Of a DNA stretch of 64,000 nt, positions 59,067 to 64,000 are shown in pieces. A program made the position numbers and the translations under genes. This DNA comes from Desulfomonilia bacterium. GTDB lineage: Bacteria > Desulfobacterota > Desulfomonilia > UBA1062. The first letter of the stretch is position 1. Each line of letters starts with the position of its first letter. The DNA lies in the NCBI GenBank assembly GCA_050014195.1, contig JBEKDT010000015.1, positions 32,001 through 96,000 on the forward strand, given 5' to 3'. Below the pieces are notes generated by a model. It ran no database searches and was not told where the DNA came from. It saw nothing but the letters and a program-made list of their open reading frames with translations.

Positions 59067-60010
59067 GACTCGCCTTCATGGGCACGCCGGATTTTGCCGT
59101 GCCCACCCTATCCACCCTTGTCGAATCGAAACGACATGACATTGCGTTCGTCATCACCCAGCCGGACAAACCCAAAGGCAGGGGGATGCACCTCCAGAGC
59201 CCGCCCGTCAAAGAGCTGGCCCAGAAAGCCGGTCTAAAGGTATATCAGCCCCAGTCACTGAAAGACAACAGTGAGGTCCGGGATCTTTTTGCAGCTTCCA
59301 TGCTCGATGCAGTGATCGTGGTGGCCTATGGGAAGATGATCCCTTCTGATATGCTCAATGTGCCACGGATCGGATTCCTCAATGTCCATGCCTCGCTGCT
59401 GCCGGATCTCCGGGGCGCCTCACCCATCAACCGGGCCGTCATGGCCGGATACACGACCACCGGCATCAGCATCATGAAGATCGATGAGGGAATGGATTCA
59501 GGCCCGGTATACATGCAGTCGTCGATTCCCATCAATGAGGAAGACGATGCGGTGGGTCTGTCGGAAAGGCTGAGTGCCCTTGGAGCAGTCAAGGTCCTGG
59601 AGGCCCTTGTCCTCATTGAAGATGGAAAGATGCAGCCTGTGCCTCAGGACCATGCGCGGGCAACATACGCACCCATGCTCACCAAGGAAGATGGGGCCAT
59701 CGACTGGGGCAAAGACCCGAGGACCATACATAATCTGATCCGGGGGCTTGTACCATGGCCGTGCGCCTACACCTACCTCCAGGGAAAGATGCTCAAGATC
59801 ATGAAGGATTCTTACGAGATAGATGATCATGGTACTCAGGTGGGAACGCTCCTGAAGGACAAATCCGGCGTGAGGATTGCGTGCAATGGCGGTTATATCA
59901 TCCCCAAAGTCCTCCACCTCGAGGGAAAGAAGGCCATTGATGCAGCCGCATTCTCAAACGGGTTGAAGACAGACCGGACAATAGTGGGGGCCAAACAGGA
60001 GACTCTATGA
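59063..60010 (+). CDS. fmt: Methionyl-tRNA formyltransferase
   Basis: FMGTPDFA, TQPDKP, VVAYG, NVHASLLP..RGASPI. Confidence 0.96.
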   Translation: MRLAFMGTPDFAVPTLSTLVESKRHDIAFVITQPDKPKGRGMHLQSPPVKELAQKAGLKVYQPQSLKDNSEVRDLFAASMLDAVIVVAYGKMIPSDMLNVPRIGFLNVHASLLPDLRGASPINRAVMAGYTTTGISIMKIDEGMDSGPVYMQSSIPINEEDDAVGLSERLSALGAVKVLEALVLIEDGKMQPVPQDHARATYAPMLTKEDGAIDWGKDPRTIHNLIRGLVPWPCAYTYLQGKMLKIMKDSYEIDDHGTQVGTLLKDKSGVRIACNGGYIIPKVLHLEGKKAIDAAAFSNGLKTDRTIVGAKQETL

Positions 60011-60663
60011 TCATTGCACCATCCATTTTATCCGCCGACTTCTCAAACCTGGGGCGGGATATCGGTGTCGTTGTGGATGCCGGCGCACAATGGATACACG
60101 TGGATGTGATGGACGGTGTTTTTGTCCCGAATATCACCATCGGACCGGTCGTGGTGAAGGGTATAAGGAAGGCTACAAAGGCATTCCTTGACTGCCACCT
60201 CATGATCATGGAGCCGGAGCGGTATATTGATGATTTCATCAACGCCGGCGCCGACGGAATCACCGTGCATGTGGAGGCCACCCGGCACCTCCAGCGGACA
60301 TTGGCCATGATCAGGGAAAAAGGCTTGGAATCAGGGGTCTCATTAAACCCGTCCACTCCTTTGGACACCATCAAATATTGCCTGGACAACATCGATTTGG
60401 TACTTATCATGAGCGTAAACCCGGGATTCGGCGGACAGACCTTCATCGATGCGGTAATACCGAAGATCGCCGACACAAAAAAGATGATTTCCGGAAGGGC
60501 CATTCAATTGCAGGTGGACGGTGGCGTCAACAAGGATAATATAGCCAGGCTGGCACAGATGGGTGTAGATAATGTGGTGGCAGGGTCGAGTGTCTTTGGG
60601 ACGGATGACCCTGGAAAAACCATAAAGGAGATGTTTGAAATTGTATCCTCAGTTCCCTATTAG
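60007..60663 (+). CDS. rpe: Ribulose-phosphate 3-epimerase
   Basis: APSILSADF, HVDVMDG, MSVNPGFGGQ, VDGG. Confidence 0.97.
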   Translation: MIIAPSILSADFSNLGRDIGVVVDAGAQWIHVDVMDGVFVPNITIGPVVVKGIRKATKAFLDCHLMIMEPERYIDDFINAGADGITVHVEATRHLQRTLAMIREKGLESGVSLNPSTPLDTIKYCLDNIDLVLIMSVNPGFGGQTFIDAVIPKIADTKKMISGRAIQLQVDGGVNKDNIARLAQMGVDNVVAGSSVFGTDDPGKTIKEMFEIVSSVPY

Positions 60664-62251
60664 ACTTGCCGTTTCCCTTGTGCTTCTTGGTTTGCTCATC
60701 GGGTGCGCCCACGCACCTGTTGTCAAGAAATCACCGTATGAAACCATACAGGATAAGAATCTTATTATCATGCTCGCCCGGTATGAGGAGAACAAAGGCG
60801 ACTGGTCCGCTGCAATGGACTTGTATTCACGCGTTAACGACCCTTTTGCATGGCTTGCCAGGGCGAGAATCTACTTCATCATTGAAGACAATGTAACAGC
60901 CCTTGATTTCCTCCAGAAGGTTATCGACGATGGGACATATATAGGGGATGCACTCGAGTTGAGGACCAGGATCTATGCCAAGGACGGTAACTGGAAACTG
61001 GCTATCCAGGATACCGAGGTCCTCGTCAAAAAATATCCGGACAATATCCAGATCAAGCTCTTTCTTGCAAATCTCAAGGTTATCACCGGTGACTTCAAAC
61101 AGGCTCGGAACATCCTCAAGAGCCTGCTCGGGAAGAATGATGACAGCATAATCTATTACACCATATCCAAGGCATGCATGGGTGAACGGGATTTCGCGTG
61201 CGCAAAGGATGCTTTAAAAAAGGCCATCGATTCTAGAAGCGATTTTGAACCTGCATATCTCGATCTTGCCAGGATAGAAGATCTCCTGGGCGAGTCAAAC
61301 CAAGCAGAAGAAACATACAATAAGCTCCTGGATATCAACCCTTTCTCCAATGAGGCACATCTGGCCCTGGTTGACCATTATATCGATCAAAAGCGGTATA
61401 AGGACGCCATAACCCATCTGAAGTCGGTCATTGAGGTGAATCCGGATACTCTGATGTTGCGGAAACTCATCATCCTCGAACTTCAGGACGGCATGTTTCA
61501 GGATGCCCTGTCTCTCATCAATAACCTTAAGGAGATGACGGATGACGACAAGTACTACCTTGCCCTGGCCTATGCGGGTCTTGAACGGTATGACGATGCG
61601 CTGAAGACACTCAAGGATATACCCGTTACGGGAAGGTTGGGTTGCGATATCACCATGCTTGAATCTTCCATCCTCAAGAGCATGGACAAGAGCGAGCAGG
61701 CAGTTAAGCTCTTGGAGACTTCATGGAAAGACTACGCCGATCTCGGTACCTGCAATGAGATAGGCTATCAGCTTGCAACAGAGCTGGATACCATCGGGAG
61801 AAGGGATGAGGGCTTACAAATCGCCTCAAAGCTGTTGGAGAAGGATCCCCAAGACCCCATTGCCCTGAACTTTATGGGATACGTGTGGGCGGATCGGGAT
61901 ATGAACCTGGACAAGGCATACTCCATGATCAAAGAGGCCCTTGATATGAAGCCCGATGATCCTTTCATCCTTGACTCCATGGCATGGGTGCTCTTCAAGA
62001 TGGGCAAGCCTAAAGAAGCGCTCGTTTACCTAGAGAAGGTATTGAAGATCTTGAAAGACGATGCAACCGTAAATGAGCACATGGGTGATATCCTCATGAG
62101 CCTCGGGCAGACCGATAAGGCCCTGGACTATTACCTCAAGTCATCTATCCTGAACAGGTCGGTGAACGACTCCTTAAAGGAGAAGATCAACAAACTCATC
62201 AAGCAGGACAGAAAAGAAAGTGATGAGCTCAAGGAGAGGGTCCTTCCATGA
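60635..62251 (+). CDS. TPR-repeat lipoprotein
   Basis: Lipobox LIGC; multiple TPRs; ALNFMGY, ILDSMAWV. Confidence 0.85.
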   Translation: MKLYPQFPIRLAVSLVLLGLLIGCAHAPVVKKSPYETIQDKNLIIMLARYEENKGDWSAAMDLYSRVNDPFAWLARARIYFIIEDNVTALDFLQKVIDDGTYIGDALELRTRIYAKDGNWKLAIQDTEVLVKKYPDNIQIKLFLANLKVITGDFKQARNILKSLLGKNDDSIIYYTISKACMGERDFACAKDALKKAIDSRSDFEPAYLDLARIEDLLGESNQAEETYNKLLDINPFSNEAHLALVDHYIDQKRYKDAITHLKSVIEVNPDTLMLRKLIILELQDGMFQDALSLINNLKEMTDDDKYYLALAYAGLERYDDALKTLKDIPVTGRLGCDITMLESSILKSMDKSEQAVKLLETSWKDYADLGTCNEIGYQLATELDTIGRRDEGLQIASKLLEKDPQDPIALNFMGYVWADRDMNLDKAYSMIKEALDMKPDDPFILDSMAWVLFKMGKPKEALVYLEKVLKILKDDATVNEHMGDILMSLGQTDKALDYYLKSSILNRSVNDSLKEKINKLIKQDRKESDELKERVLP

Positions 62252-63273
62252 GCAACGAAGTAAAGGTCGGAATTTTTGTTGTCTTTATCTTTATCATCTT
62301 TGTAGTCCTTTCCGTAAAAATCGGGGAAATGAACCTGTCTAAGAAAGGGACATATCCGATCACCATGGTCTTTCCCACGGTTGAAGGACTCAGTATCTCC
62401 TCCAACATCGAGCTTGCAGGGGTGAACGTCGGCAAGGTGACCGGGATCACGCTGAACAAAGATTACACTGCCGTCGTAACAGCGGCCCTTAACGAGGACA
62501 TCAAGCTCCCCATAGACAGCACCGCATCAATCGGGACCAAGGGTGTGCTTGGCGACAGGATCATCGTATTATCACCGGGCGTCTCAAAGAATTATATTGA
62601 TCCCGGGGGGAACCTGGCCAGGACAAAGGTTCCGCCTTCGATGGACACGCTCCTCATACAGGTCGGCGAGCTTGCAAGCAACCTCACACAATTGAGTGCA
62701 TCGCTCACTACAGCCTTCGGAGACCAGGAGACAATGAGGGACATCGTCGTAAACCTGCGTGATCTGAGTGCAAACACCTCATCTCTGGTAGCCGAGAACA
62801 AAGACAACATCTCTGACATCCTCACCAACATGAAGGAGATAACGAACAATTTCACCGTAGTTTCCCAGAACCTCACCAGCACAAGTAAAAACATCGATGA
62901 GATGGTCGGTACCATTAATTCCGGCCAGGGATCTCTGGGAAAGCTCGTCACGGATGAAACGCTTTATAATTCCATGGTGGATTTCATGGAATCCGCCCGA
63001 CTGGTGATGGACCGGATAAACGGAGACGGCACCCTTGGCTTGCTCATGAGCGACAGTACTCTTTATTACAATCTCGCTGATACGACAAAGAACCTCAAGG
63101 TCATCACCGACGAACTCGCTTCGGGTAAAGGAACCCTGGGACATCTCCTGACCGATGAGGAACTCTATGCGAACCTCAAGGAGACAATCCAGAGCGCAAA
63201 CCGTGCCGCCCAGGGTCTTGAAGAGCAGACGCCGATCTCGGTTATGGGGACAATATTAGGCCTGGTATGGTAG
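62248..63273 (+). CDS. MCE/MlaD-family protein
   Basis: EVKVGIFV TM, AGVNVGKV, GVLGD, repeated GSLGKLVTDE helices. Confidence 0.88.
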   Translation: MSNEVKVGIFVVFIFIIFVVLSVKIGEMNLSKKGTYPITMVFPTVEGLSISSNIELAGVNVGKVTGITLNKDYTAVVTAALNEDIKLPIDSTASIGTKGVLGDRIIVLSPGVSKNYIDPGGNLARTKVPPSMDTLLIQVGELASNLTQLSASLTTAFGDQETMRDIVVNLRDLSANTSSLVAENKDNISDILTNMKEITNNFTVVSQNLTSTSKNIDEMVGTINSGQGSLGKLVTDETLYNSMVDFMESARLVMDRINGDGTLGLLMSDSTLYYNLADTTKNLKVITDELASGKGTLGHLLTDEELYANLKETIQSANRAAQGLEEQTPISVMGTILGLVW

Positions 63274-63277
63274 TGTA

Positions 63278-64000
63278 ATGACCCCCAAGTGGTGTTTTTG
63301 CGCCATAAGCCTCTTCATATTCATAACGATCCTGCCCTCTTTGCATGCATCCGCCGCGCAGATCGATGCCGACCCTCTGATCTCTTATGAATCTCACGGT
63401 GATGAGTACACATTCCACGGATTTGGCCCGATCTTTGAGTTCTCTGACCATATAAGCGCTATAAGACCTTTTTACTTTAAGGATAAAGATACCTCGGAAA
63501 CGGACATCATCTATCCCCTCGGGCAATTCACACCCGGAAGCTCCCGATTCACCCCCTTGTATACCTCTGTCGACCAGGAGGATCAAAAACACACGGACCT
63601 CTTTCCTGTCTTCTACGGGAGTTACAAAGATAGATCCTATTGGGGAATATTTCCCCTCTATGGTACCATGGAGCACCGGTTCGGGTACACGAAGGCCCGC
63701 TTCATCCTCCTGCCTCTCTATGCTGAAACCGAAATGGATGACACGGCGACCTACTCGTTTCTCTGGCCTGTTTTCTCTTACAGCAAGGGGAGGCTCTACA
63801 GGGTCTTTCCCCTCTATGAATGGAAGAGGTCGACCGATACAACCTATCAGTATTTCCTCTGGCCTTTTGTCCATCATAAGATAGGCCCCGACGACAGGAG
63901 GATGGATGCATTCCTGCCGCTCTTCAGATATGACCGGGGACCTCATTATCAGAATATATCGATTCTCTGGCCATTCTTTAACTACAACCGGGACGACACC
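63278..64000 (+). CDS. Secreted aromatic/Pro-rich repeat protein, partial (runs off the window)
   Basis: Signal peptide MTPKWCFCAISLFIF; recurring LWPVF, FLWPF, FLPLF motifs; no stop seen. Confidence 0.65.
   Translation, partial: MTPKWCFCAISLFIFITILPSLHASAAQIDADPLISYESHGDEYTFHGFGPIFEFSDHISAIRPFYFKDKDTSETDIIYPLGQFTPGSSRFTPLYTSVDQEDQKHTDLFPVFYGSYKDRSYWGIFPLYGTMEHRFGYTKARFILLPLYAETEMDDTATYSFLWPVFSYSKGRLYRVFPLYEWKRSTDTTYQYFLWPFVHHKIGPDDRRMDAFLPLFRYDRGPHYQNISILWPFFNYNRDDT

Overview
Bacterial chromosomal window. The gene content and the visibly GC-rich core are consistent with a Desulfobacterota/deltaproteobacterial host (inference). Housekeeping blocks: mnmG, xseAB, ispA-dxs-tlyA-ispH, accC, rnj-ftsK-lolA and cobB-aroE-def-fmt-rpe-mlaD. 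They flank an accessory region of about 30 kb (26.3-56.6 kb). That region holds a decaying defence island: type I R-M with an in-frame amber in hsdR, two Fic genes, a BREX pglZ remnant and an Mrr-like nuclease. It also holds a precisely delimited 13,604-bp AT-rich phage-like element (40005-53608). The element encodes a terminase, portal, scaffold, capsid and head morphogenesis protein plus two serine recombinases, but no recognisable tail or lysis genes. It is integrated at a CT dinucleotide inside a secreted matrixin-type metalloprotease gene. In-silico excision restores the protease reading frame, rebuilds a palindromic attP and adds 26 residues to the integrase C-terminus, which suggests a recombinational gene switch. 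Other notable features are mirror-image sigma54 operons beside a kinase/lipoprotein/NtrC module, and a dispersed MITE/REP-like repeat whose interior is inverted between copies. All family calls come from motif recognition by eye; no database searches were run.
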